A stretch of 64,000 bases of DNA, taken from Ruditapes philippinarum. Lineage: Eukaryota. A program made the translations under genes and the position numbers. Of this stretch, positions 40,561-53,603 are shown piece after piece. Location: the NCBI RefSeq assembly GCF_026571515.1, contig NW_026854155.1, positions 1 to 64,000 on the forward strand. The letters are read 5' to 3'. Below the pieces are notes generated by a model. It was not told the origin of the DNA. It ran no database searches and saw only the letters and a program-made list of their open reading frames with translations. The first letter of the stretch is position 1; every line of letters begins with the position of its first letter.

Positions 40561-41215
40561 TTAATACACTTGTTACTTTATATAGTAACAAAATTGCCTA
40601 TTGATTTCAACTGATTATGAGTGTCACGTGACCTATTATGAGTTTGCGGCCCAGGGCTGAGAACTAGTTATCAGCCCGCAGAACATGTGCACGTTCACAA
40701 ACTGAAACAATGACGTCATATTTTACGTCATCAAACAGTTAACTGTAAAAGTGAAAGTAGGTTGTCAGCACGAATCGCTTTATTTTAATTATGAGAGCTT
40801 AAGCGTATTTAGTACAAATACATTTTTGTTACTATTGAAATTTGAAGAAATAATACGACAAATTCATTCCGAAAAAAAAAATGAAAATAAAACTTGCTTC
40901 TAGATTCTACTGCTTTGAACACACAAACAGTAGACTCTAAACATCTCTGTACAGAACAGTAGAAGAGTACTGTAGACAAGAATTTCAACGAAAGAACTTC
41001 ACAGTATTTGTTGTTTTTTTTTTCTTTTTAAAAAAAATGCTACTATTAGATCTACCAAGTGTCTTAAAGACATTAATACACGTCAGAGTAGGGCCGGAAG
41101 GTGATAATCGGCCCTGAACGAATAATGGCCCTCGGGCTAAAGCCCTCGGGTCCATTATTCATTTTGCGGGCCGATTATCACCTTCCGGCCCTCTCCTGCC
41201 GTGTATTACCCTCTT
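40561..41215. mobile_element. Second long-palindrome non-autonomous element, opposite orientation
   Basis: 135-bp palindrome at 41074-41208 with perfect 24-bp arms (41091-41114 / 41168-41191). The other end, TTAATACACTTGTTACTTTATATAGTAACA, resembles the reverse complement of the 32217-32248 terminus. Confidence 0.65.
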
Positions 41216-42869
41216 ATTAGGACCAGTACATCGATGTAAATTTAATCTTTAAATGTCCGGCCATTCCGGATCCTTAGAATCGTTCTTAACATTTATTTTG
41301 ACATGTGCATCTGTTGAACAGGGACGTTTTGTTTTTTATAGGCTACTGCATTTATAACGCAGACGACAAATTAAAAATTGAGCCCATTACGTCTCAGAAA
41401 AGATATTTTTTTATATTTCACAAAATGTTTAAAGACACAAGTAAATCAAAGGAAGGAGAGAATACACATCAAACATCAGGATGGTTTATAACTGGTTTAT
41501 TTTAAAGGTTTAAAACAAAACTTCTAAACAAGTACACATTTGCCAAAACAATGAACTATGTTTGATTTCTTTGCTGTGTCGGCAATTTGTATAAGTAAAG
41601 TGAAAACTAATTTTGTATGGAAGTTAAAATACTCTTTTGTTTACATTTTGCTACCTTTACGACACATATCTGCACAGTCAGCAGTACCTTCCTCAGCTGT
41701 TAAACATCTAACATGCATTTTAATCCATAAGTAAAACATTATTAAACACATGGTTGACATTTCTAAAGTATTAAATAAATATGTTTATCCGAGGCGAAAC
41801 CTGCCTTAAAGGCTGTTCCTGCCGTTTGACCTTTTCTAAATTGAAACATGTTTGCAAACGGATATGGGACGGGTAGTATAAATGTTTACATACCACAAAT
41901 CTAACAGCTTTTTTAACATCCTTTAAAAATATTTGAATGGTTAATTGTTGTATTAGCACTTTTTGTTTACATATCTTCTGGAAATAAGTATATTTGTTTA
42001 TAGATTATTTAGGCCCATTCACGACAAAAGGTATGTTTTTGAATATAGATTATTTAGGGTCATTAAAAAAGTGAAATGTTTTATTCTGTTGTCATTAAAG
42101 CATTTACAGTATCGATATGAAGTTCTTATAGTTTTACGTTAAATTACGTTTAAAGGTAAATGTAAATTTTGGGATGGAGTGGAGTAATAATAATATACCG
42201 ACAAAACAAAAGAAAAATAATAAAATAAATAAATAAAAAAACAAAAACAAAGAAGAGTGAGGGAAGAAAATGATTTCTTTGAAGTAGCTCGTTTATTTAT
42301 GCCTAATATCATTTTAAGTTATTAAGAAATGATGGAAATTTTTGACCAGTAAACATAAAAGCCTTACTTCCATTGTTGAAATGGCCCACACCTCAAACGA
42401 TTTTCGGAATCGCTATCATTTAATTATCATATGAATGATAACTTTTGTGTCCGCCGACGGGACTGTTTACGTCCCTAATGATAAGTATTATTTTCATTTT
42501 TGTTCCAGCAGAATCATTTATTGAATTAATGATCGAAATTATATTTTAAAAAATGATATAACTAGAACATGTAAATTTCAAACGGTATGTTTATGCATGC
42601 GCACATGATATATTGTCATCTATTCCATGTTGATTATATATCTTACTTTTATTTCAGGCGGCGGCTTTCACCAAAGGTCTCGGGGTTTTCTTCGTCCCAA
42701 GGTGTCCCTAACTTGCCTAATGTGTTGTGGTTATGGGGGATAAGGCTAGTTTTAACTATTTAATATAGTCATGCATGGTCATAGTTCATAATTAAATATA
42801 TTTGTTCTTTATCATGGCTAATTTTTACATGATAAATACATCTGATAGTAAATATCTATACATTTTCAG

Positions 42870-42912
42870 GCCGTCTGTCAACGTGCATCTATGACACCTG
42901 TCATAATGGAAA
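42870..42912 (+). pseudogene. Fragment of CTLD 'AICE...' exon
   Basis: cattttcag|GCCGTCTGTCAACGTGCATCTATGACACCTGTCATAATGGAAA|gtaagt = AVCQRASMTPVIME; lies in the same duplicated block as 33144-33186. Confidence 0.55.
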
Positions 42913-45529
42913 GTAAGTGGAAGAAAAATATGTAATTACTCATTATTAAACGAGACTTTCAAATACATTAAAATGATTCAGAATTAAAAATGAAAATTTT
43001 TAACATTATTATAATAAATCATAATATATACTTTCGTTTCATATCATAAATATGTTGTTCATATTGAAGAAGACTGTCGAGTGAAAACATGAATACATCT
43101 TCAATGTTTTTATTTTAAATTTCTACTTAAGTTCTCTAGTTCTTTCAATATCTTTTATAAATGGGAGTGAACAGGTGAATAAGACATTTTGTGCGCATTT
43201 CAGGAGTTAAAAGAGGGATGGTTTTATCTTTACCTCATCGTTGTCGGGTATATACCAAAATACAGCATTTAGTGTTGTGCTCCAACACTTTGTAGTCTTA
43301 CTCAATAGCGCCGTTCGTGGAGACAGAATGATTTTGTTCCCTTTTATTGACTACCCATCTTGTATCTGTTATGCTCTAATGGCATGTGTTTGAATTCATG
43401 TGACGTAATGACCTGCGCAAATCTGTCTGCCATTTTATTTAGTTGACATTATCACATTTAAGATCTGAAAAACACAACGCTTGATTAAAGTCTAAAGTAT
43501 GGCATAGTTTACATTTTATTTACATCTAATGTTGCATTTATGGTTTTTTACATATGTAGTCATATCTCACTAATCAATCTCACAAATAACATAGTTACTT
43601 TAATCATGCTTTTCATTTTAATATCCCGTTCCGTCATCATAAAATAATAATATAAATGTAACAGTTAATTGTAAATGAAGATTTATTGAAGTTGAGATGT
43701 TAAAATAGTGAAAACATGAACAAACTTGCTTTATGGAATTTAAACGATACAATATTCCTGTTGAAACTTCTAAAACGAGAGGTTGAAAATAGGCATTCAC
43801 GAAGTTGAAAAATCAATAACAGAGCAAATAGTCAAAATGATACCATTGAAAAACATCGTCAAGCATAAAATTAGCATGCCATATTCTTGAGTTTTCTTTT
43901 TCGGCTTGTTTATGCACGATAGTGCTAAATACAAACAAAGGTAATGTTAAAACCACTAAACATAGATTACTACATGTTATGTTTTTTTGTTTCTTCTTGT
44001 TTTAGGCTTGTTTGTGTGTTGTTTCTTTCTTATCAATGCATGATGTTAGTAAAAACAAGCTTATGGGCACGCAATACTAAAAAAATTCTTTACAATCGGT
44101 GCTAGGGGCGTGAGGGAGGTCCCATGTTTTCATCATCCCTCATGTACAGACTAAATCAAACAATCTGCAATTTTCATGTTATTTTAATGATTTTAATACT
44201 TCCAAATAATCATTTTTCCCCTTTTTCTTTACAATTACATCGATAAAACGTTAAATGTTTAGAAACATAATTTGCAGCTTGTTGTCATTTGCAAAATACA
44301 AACATAGGGTAAAACGCACATTATTACAGTTACGATATAGGCGCACCATTGAAGTTAACTGCTTAATACCGTTCGTATGTTTCAGCATGTGATTAATAGA
44401 ATATATTACATGTATTATTCGTGTTGCCGTATCTTAAATTCATTGAACATGTTGAAAATCAAATGCCCAAATCAAGCTAAAATAACAAGTGTTTAAAATT
44501 CAAGTATGATTTTTCTGTTTAAATTCTACATATGCTGGGTTTGAAGCGTAAATATATCTATATATGTCGAACGAAGTTTTAAACTTGTGTCTTGTGACTT
44601 GACCAAACACTGGATGTTACAATGACAGAAATTGTGAAAATTGTATGATTGAAACAGGTCTAATTCATTCATTTGACATGTTCTTTACCGTTTCCAGAGT
44701 TTACTGTGACAACTTTTGTGAATTCTTATCGCTCTCACCTAACCCACGTGGATCAAGTTAGGAAACGAGAAAAGTGTTGCTCTCATGTTTGCCTAGCGTA
44801 TTTATTTTTAGGACATTTGCGTAAATAATGAATGAAAAATTCAAAACGAAGAAATGTACATTTTGCTTGTGTCTCAATTTAATCAATCTGCACTCAGATA
44901 TAACTTTGCCATGGTAAATAAGATTTTTTAAAATACAAAGTTTCTTGTTTCCGTTTGGATAATTTGGATTGTATCGTTGAATGAATAATGGTATCTAACG
45001 ACCCTCGGCCCATTCATTCACACGTTTAGCTTTGTCATTGTGAAGCAAATGAGTATACGCATTGTGTATGGACAAACAATCCATATTGTTTCATACAGAT
45101 CAAGTGGTAATTTCTATCATAGATTTCTATATCTCATAAACATGAATATTTAAAATCGGAAGGAAATACCAGCAGCTGAAATGTAAGAGGAAAATATCGC
45201 ACTTTGCATTGATATGTTTCCATAATATTAAACAAAGTATTTCCTTTGAAAGATATTGCAACTTTTGCAAATTAGAAACCATTCGCTATGTCAATAAACA
45301 AAGCAAACATACTAAACGGCTTGAACTTGCATGTTGTGCTGATACGAATCAGTTCGTGGTTTCATTGTCCGTATAAATAGAAAATATTTGTTTTGAATTT
45401 ATTTTCCCGGGACGGTAAGTTTGAGTGAAAAACTATTTAAGTATATTTTATATGGCATAAAAGTAAGAACATTACTAGTTTTCTTATAGTAAGTGTTTGT
45501 TATTATGAGAAATTTTAGATGAGGACAAA

Positions 45530-48500
45530 ATGAAGACACTATTTCAGACGTTAGTTATATTTGCTGCATTATCGTTGCTCTTTGAGCCGTACTTTTGTGA
45601 AAAGATCAAACGTTTTACATCTAACGGGAGGAATGCTGGAATACTAGAAATACGAAATGTACGGTCGTTGTTGAAATGTTCCATTCAATTTCAACACAAT
45701 GCGCATTTCAAGTCGTTCAACTATCACAAAAATGATCAAATATGCGAACTTAGTAACCTTTATCCGGAAAGTTCAATAGCAGACGACGGCTGGTCAGTCT
45801 ACGCATATATTGGTAAGTTTCTTTTGATATGAGGACTGTATGTTTTTAAGAAATTTTCAGGTCTTTTATATGTCTAATCTATGTCAAAGCGAGCGTTGAA
45901 ATCCCTAAATAGCTGGATACTTAATTCGAAGTCATTTATGAAACAATGCGTACTCTTCCAGTATAATAAATTACGTAATTTGATAATTACAAGACATGAT
46001 TGGATAACTGTATTGAATAACTTTCATATAAACTGACAGAAATCAATTATACAACTAACGCACATAATTGCTAGTTTTTGTACCAGTGTATGTATACGGA
46101 AAAAAATAATTTCTGAAGAAAAAAAAAGAAAGAGAATTTTAAATTTATTTTGAAGATAACTGACAACATCAGTGAAAAATAGTTTGATAAATACTAACTA
46201 TGCATCTTTAGTCAAAACAATTGTGTAGTAAGTGTAAAACAGGAGGACACGACGACAACATGGAAACAGTTATAAAACCTTGTGCCCTGTCCTGTGTTTG
46301 TATGGGCTCCACCTGGGCTCCTTGCCACTGGTTCTTGTTGCTGGTCCTGTGGGTGTTGTTGCGTTTATTGAACGCTGCCTTTCCTTGTGGATCTTGTTTA
46401 TCATGTTTTAAAAATCTAAATCATTACAGTGTTTGTCCGGACTAAGGAACTTTCAAGTTTTATCAGAAATGGATTATAAAGTAAATGTATCAAACAATAT
46501 CATTATTTTAGAGACCCCTTAAGACCTAAAAAGCTTTTATTTTCATTTCCCAAAAGCTTTTTTGTACTTGATGTTCTGTAACCATTTCAATAAAATGGCT
46601 CATTACCTAAAAATCTCAATTATTATTTATTGTTGTTTTCCGTTAATAGGTATTGTTAATCTGATTATGTATTGTGTGTGGAAGTCAAAATACTGCCTCG
46701 TGTTCATTTTACTCCGTTAGTGACGAATAATTTTTATTCAGTGCTATTTTCTCAGGGTAATTAGTCTTTAACATGCTCTTAAAATATGATATAAACATTT
46801 AAAGTTATTTTTTGCCTTTATAATGAAGGGCAAAATATTTGTTTCAGAATCCTAATTAAATGTCCCTTAAAATAGATAAGGACAATTCCCTTTTTTTAAA
46901 AGTTTTCTGCTTTTCTTTTCCGCAAAACCTTAGCATTGTTAACGTCTATCATGACGGAATTGCATGACTTTATTAAAAAACGTTTTTCATTCATTTTATA
47001 TTGAATAAAAAGTTGATGGGTCCTGGGGTAATTGGCTGAACTGGGGCTCGTGTTCCGTGACATGTGAAGATGGAACAATGTCAAGGTCAAGGATTTGCAA
47101 CAACCCGTCACCTAGCAACGGAGGAGAGCAATGTCAAGGGTCAGATCTCGAAAATCATGGTTGCAACGCTGGAGCATGCATGGCGTTTGGTACATTACTA
47201 TCTTACTTAAAAGGACTCGACTAAGGTTTTTTGACAATACGGGACTGAAAATAGTTTGTTTTGTTAGATATTTTGTTTTCATTTGTCTTGACTTGAACTT
47301 GTGTGCAAAATTTCAGCTCATTTGCCTGCTCTATTTTTTCGAGTATCATATCATAATTATGAAAATTCACCACAAATCACCAAAACATCCGGCTAAGCAA
47401 AGCAAAAAGAATGTCGATGTATTTCTGATTATTTGCTTTAATTGAGTAGTACACCAGATGAATTTTGTAAGAAACTATTTTCTATGAGTCTTGGTTTGTG
47501 AATCTCTTTAGAGTTGCTTAAATAGATAAACTCCAAGAAAAAACGAGCCTGCAACATTTTCAATTTTGTTGTGTTGGACTTTTTTTAGGGATTCTGATAT
47601 TCTCTATTCTATTTGATAACATAGTTTTTGTCTACAACTCAATTACATGATTAACAATTACAAGTATGTCTTGTCTCTTATTTAGGCTGGACACTTTAAG
47701 GAATGCGATAAGATAAAGGAACCATCTATATATCACATCTTGCATATTGATCGGTTTTTTTACCTTTATTCCAGTCAATGGCTATCACTTGAGTACAGTG
47801 TCCGCCGATTGGAACACGGCAAAGGTTAGAACTGGTTTTGCTGTTTAATATATAGGCACATTATCTTTCAGTCAAACATATGTTAAATAATTGTCTTCTT
47901 TATCGATTTAGAGCGTGCTTGATGCACTGAATATTAAGAATTGAAGCGTAAAGGTAGCACATTGTGAAGACGTTCGTACAATGCTTATTAATTTATATAA
48001 GATTTTGGTATTACGGCAGATGTTAGAATTTTGTCAGATTCATTTATATAAATTCCTAAATGGCAGATAAATGTGTCACATGATTTAAACTTGTCGATAA
48101 GTGCCAACTTTTATAAGAGTTATTTTTTAGTATGATTTTTTTATCAATTTTAATGATATTATCACTGGAACCATGTTTTCTGAATATGATCCTTGTCTGT
48201 AAAGATTTCTTTTAAAAAAGCAACTAAGTGCTTTTACATGAGCGTGGTCAGTTTTTTTTATAATTAAGGCCTATTCTTCATATAAAATGTTGGTTTAAGT
48301 ATATATATCACACGTGTAGAAACATATTTTTCAGGCAATCTGTGAAGATGCATCTGCAAGATTGGTGATAATTGATAGTCAATTAGAAATGGACACTTTG
48401 ATTTCACTATACAATAATCAAGGTGAAAAGCATAAGAATAAACGATATGAAAATGATCCTAACACTATCACTCGAATAAATATTTTGAATGTTCCACACA

Positions 48501-50725
48501 ACTTTAAAACCTAGAATTTATAAAAGAATCGATACAAAAGATGTAAAGAAGCCGTCTTAGTATGCCATAAACACATTAAGCTTACTTTCTAATTAATAAC
48601 GATAACTTTTGTTCTATTTACTTCATTAAAACAGCAATTTAATATGAAAAATACATTTTATGGTACAATATTATGACCGAGATTTGCTCTTCAGATGTTT
48701 TTTGTTATTAAAGTTTCTTCCAGCACAGCATGATTATAGAAATCTCTAAATTGTGATTTGTTTAATCTTAATTAATCATAAATGATATTTTGTCTCTAGA
48801 CTTAGATCATTGGATTGGAATGACCTGTACTTTTGGTACAAATTGCCAATGGATTGATGGCCGAACAGCTGATTCTGGATTCCAAGTAATGTATTAAATT
48901 TTTTCATTAGATATAGAAACCGTTTGTCGTGTCACGTCTTATAATGACGCCATTAAGACTAGAAAAGCTAGAAAAATGACGGTTGTTTTGTGTCGGTTAA
49001 AGAGAACTTTCAATTTCTGTGGAGTTGTTAAGCCATAATAAATAGAATTTTTCATAGCGTTACTATGCCTCGATTAACTAGACCTTCCATGACATTGCTA
49101 AGCCTCGGCTAACTAGATCTTTTACCGCGTTGCTAAACCTCGATTGATTAGAACTTCCATGGCTAAGGCTCGACTAATGATGAAAACTTCCATGGCGTTG
49201 CTAAGCCTCGATTAACTTGACTTTTCATAGCATTGCTAAGACTCGGTTAACTAGAATTCCCTTACTTTATTTTTCAGAAAGTCTAAATAACAAAATTAAT
49301 GTTCATTTAGGCGATCAGAATAATTCGAAGCTTTTCGGAAAAGGCCGAGCAATTTTCATTGATTAAAATGATATTCATCCGCGTAACAAAATTATTTGAA
49401 TGTATTACCAGTAATTTGTGTAATATTAAAGAATTACAATATATTAGAAATATTCGACCAATCAGGAACTATTCTATCTTCCCTGAGAAGTTTTTAAAAA
49501 TCAAAGCGCCTGTCGTTTGAAAATCTTTATGCAGTAATCTAACCTTAATTTGTCGGCGTGAGTATACTAATAAAGGAAAGTAATGGCTTTTAGGAGTTTG
49601 TGATGGATGGACTACTTGCAGATTTTGCAAATAAGCATATCAGGGTCTGAAATTTCGCTACCTTATTTCTTGGTCTGACGACCCAAAGAAATAAAAACGA
49701 TATTTCACTAGTGCAATAACACTTTGACGTGAAGTCATTTGCGATATACAAATGATAGCGTTATTTTAAAGTGCGCTTATGTTTACGTTACGTTATAGGA
49801 GCGTCAATAAAAATGACTCTTTTAAACACTTTAACGTTCTTATATTGAGTGTTGATTTATTAAACTCGTTGCATAAAACAATATGATGCTCGCCAGAGGC
49901 TCGCATAATATGATTTTCTTCAACCTGTTCAATAAATTTATTATTAATTCTTCACTCATTCAATATCTTGTATAAACTTTGTACTTCTTTGTTTATTAAT
50001 CGTTTAGATGTATTTACTTCTTATTATTTACTTAGTTTGTTTTTGTTTTGTCAAAACATATCTTGTGAGAAAGAACAAAAGTTCACTAAACAATGTTTCT
50101 AAATTGTAATGGTATCATGTATAAAGTTGTTAATCAAATGTAAGCATGTAAGCATAAGACAAAACTATTTTTTTGATTAACTGTCAAAACATGCGGTTAA
50201 GAAATAAATATAGGGGTTATATACTATGTATTTTCATTTTTTTTTGACACGTTTGTGTTATTCGTATGTAGCATCGGAACAATGTACAACTTTAAAGGGT
50301 GAAGTAAAACTGTAAATTTCTACGTTTTTTTTCTTATTACCAAAGGGATACAAAGAACAAAGTATATAGCTAAAGAACAAATATTTTGTAACGAAATGTT
50401 TCGGTCAGTTTTTAGAGATGCTTATAACATACTAGATTTTAACGTTATTAAATTTTACAAATATTTTCATAACAATAAGAAAACATTTTGTTTTACGTTT
50501 GTAATATCAACTAACTTTGTTCTGGTTATTGCATACTTTAAGAAGTTGTTTGCATAGTTAGTCAATACATTTAATTTTAACTTTATTTTTGATATTTGAT
50601 ATTCACAGTCCTGGGCTCCATTTGAACCACTTGGTGCATATTGTGTATATATGGGTTATTGGAACAACAACTGGGATGATACTTCCTGCGGCCATAACAA
50701 ACTCTTCATTTGTGAACAAATATAA
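45530..50725 (+). CDS. Gene D: secreted PAN/apple-like + TSP1 + C-type lectin (EPL variant), ~266 aa; join(45530..45812,47013..47189,47775..47824,48335..48422,48800..48885,50609..50725)
   Basis: Exon sizes (283,177,50,88,86,117) and GT-AG boundaries match gene A; the frame is open throughout. Last exon SWAPFEPLGAYCVYMGYWNNNWDDTSCGHNKLFICEQI*. Confidence 0.87.
49010..49260 (+). repeat. ~35-bp minisatellite (TAACTAGAACTTCCATGGCGTTGCTAAGCCTCGAT-like) in the last CTLD intron
   Basis: About 7 degenerate units here; homologous arrays at ~8790-8910 and ~30450-30640. Confidence 0.7.
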
Positions 50726-52669
50726 AAGAAACTATCTACTATCTGATTAGAAAGGAAATATATTCTGCAGGTGTTTGAGGATCAATATTGATAGGTTTTA
50801 GTTGTTGTTTTGTATACCTTTATTACATTTTATTTCCTTATTTATGCTGATAATTTCAAAGTAAGAAAGAAAAAAGCTTCGAATGCACGTTAAAGTACTT
50901 AAAAAGCAACGCTGATTACGCAAGTCGTATTGTGCGAAATACACATCTACATATGTTATTACTTAATTGAAAGCAACATTATAATGTTTGTCCAAATATA
51001 AGAATATTATCTAAATGAAGCCTGCACTTGGTTGTTGTCATGGAAAAAGGGAGAAAATCGACTCCGAGATTGAAATGCAAATCTGGTTTTGATAGTATTT
51101 CAACAGTTTGACGATTACGATACTGATAATCTGGTTTTAATCCAACGGCTAGCGACAGGTCAAACTCTCTGCAGACGGATTTTTTAGAGGTAAAGAGTTC
51201 ATGTTTACACATTATATACTTAAAGATTTATTCAAAACGTTCCGACAAATATCAGCTGGTCCGAATGATTTATAAATGTTGTTAAATGCATGTGTGAAGC
51301 ACAAGTAAATGATTTAAAAAAACAGATTTTAAAGGAAATTAATACTAAATATAGAAGACGGGTCCAGTTGGCATTACATTTTATTCAATTTACATTAAAA
51401 GAGCATCAATGTACGAGATCAAAACTAACACTTTTACCACGAATAACATAAGTGGTCATTGCATAGTTACTTCTTAACATCTCAATTATTAAGTTATAGA
51501 AGTTAGGAAAAATACGGACATTCTGATGCATTCGGTAAAACACAACATTTTGCTGCAAAGCTGTTCCATTATCATTTTTATAATAGATTAAATTTGAATA
51601 TAATTTATTCTTGCATAGTTACTTCACATCTCAATTATTAAGTTATTGAACTTTGGAAAAATACGGACATTCTGATGAATTCGGTAAAAACACAACTATT
51701 CGCTGTAAAGCTGTTCTATTTTTATTTTCATAGTTATAGATTAGATTTAAATGTGATTTATTTTTGTATTCGGCACGTTAACTTGAGTTCTTAATTTTAA
51801 ATCATTTTTATTACCTAATTTTCATTTTTTGTTTACATTTTGAAGATCAATTTAACTGTGATTGAACTAGTTAACACGAGAAATGGATTTTGAAGAACAA
51901 ATAACAGTGGGTGATATTAATAATCAAAATACCTATCTAATTGGTTGATCTTTATATGTTTGTAAAATTAAATAAGAAGCTTAAGTACTTTCCAAATATA
52001 TGTTTTTCACATTGTAAAGGCATTAGAGTTAAAGTTTCACTTGCTTTTAAAAAAAATCAGGCATTTGAACTTAAATAAATTTCTTGCGTTGTAAATGCGT
52101 TTTTTATTTATATAACGTAAATGTACGTCTAAATGCAGAATAGATGTGGTAATATATAACAGTTAGGGTCATTTTAGATAACGTTTTAGTAAATTTTAAA
52201 CATATTTATCAATCATTTACTGACAGTTATCTACAAATGTGCAGCTTCTATCTTTAATCAGAAATCTAATATATGGTAATTCTGCATAGATTTTACAGAA
52301 TTTGCAACTGCGTTAATCATCTGTATCTATCTTTAATTGGTGAATAAACCCGTTTTGCAATTTTTGAAGAAGATTGTTTGTAATTAAAAGCTTTTTTGAT
52401 GTGCAATTTATAAATTTTAAACCCAAACTATCTAATCGCTGTTTCGCTAATTACTTAAAAAAAAGAAAGAAAATAAGATAACAAACATTGCAATGCCACA
52501 AAACGAGGTTTCATTTCCGATTGTTGGAATACAAATACAAGCAACGTTGACGTATAATGTGAGTATGTGCTACACGCTATGTAAATCAGACTAAAAATGA
52601 AAAAGATGTTATAAGTTAGTATTTTATTAAAATAGTAGAAGAGAAGTTCAAATTATCTTCATTATCCTG

Positions 52670-52967
52670 GTGTGTGTGTGTATTTGAGTTTATTTATACT
52701 CGCCACTGGTTGCCAATATGGGCGAGTCCTCCAAAAGAGTATCAGTCATTTTATATTTTGGAGGATAGAGCAAGAGACTCATACAGAAAGATGCAACAAT
52801 TCCAGAAGCTTCCCCGGGTTCTTTAACGTGTCAAGTGTTTAAACACTCATACACAGGACCTCGATTTATAGTCTCATCCGAACTTTATTTGGCAAGCCCG
52901 GGAGTCGAATTCATAGTATCGGGATTACAAGTCTCGCGCTCTAACCGATTGAGCTATGCGGGCTGGC
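52670..52967 (-). mobile_element. tRNA-derived SINE with Meta-type central domain and (CA)n tail
   Basis: Minus strand reads GCCAGCCCGCATAGCTCAATCGGTTAGAGCGCGAGACTTGTAATCC...AATTCGACTCCCGG (A/B boxes), then CGGATGAGACTATAAATCGAGGTCC...ACGTTAAAGAACCC and a CA repeat. Absent from paralogous sites ~11025 and ~15640. Confidence 0.8.
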
Positions 52968-53603
52968 ACAATGGGATAATAATAAAAAATATATCATAAT
53001 AAATTTAGTTATTGATCGGAGGGCACTTTTCAATTTTAGTAACAATAACTATGTCCCAAAGGCTATCTTAAGTGTGGCCCCTCACATAAGCTTAGTTAAC
53101 ATCAAGTTTCATAAAAAACAACTCATTCCAATGATTTGAAATTCTAGTAACAATAGCTTTGATCTCGATTCTATGAGACCCAAAAGCAAGTCCAAGGAGA
53201 TGTTCCCAAAAGTAACAAACAACAATATCTTCCCTATAATTTAATAAACCAGATCAACAAGGAAGGCGGCGTTCAATGAAGATTACTTAACACCACATTT
53301 AATTGAAATGTTTCATTCCAAGATCTTGTTATTGACCAAAAACTGATTTTCTATTTTAAGTTACAGTGACCTTGACTCGAGGTGACATAAAAGCCATCAC
53401 ATGCAAGGTCTTTATAAAGTATTGCTTTACACCAATTTACATTCCTTACTCTAGTTATTGATTATTAACTGATTTTCAACTTTAAGTGATAGCGATCTTG
53501 GCCTTGACTCTACATAACCCCAAAACATGAAGACAGGCGTTCATCAAACTATATACTTCATTTAAGATAACTATATATAGTTTGGTTAAATGTAAGAGTT
53601 ATA

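Noticed and set aside
47013-47189. Gene D TSP1 exon as a gene-conversion mosaic of A's two TSP1 exons
   Set aside because: Equally explained by private mutations in each A copy with D as outgroup.
52895-52967. Possible tRNA-Thr(TGT) gene
   Set aside because: Stems are degenerate, it runs into a SINE body and CA tail, and it is absent from the paralogous site.
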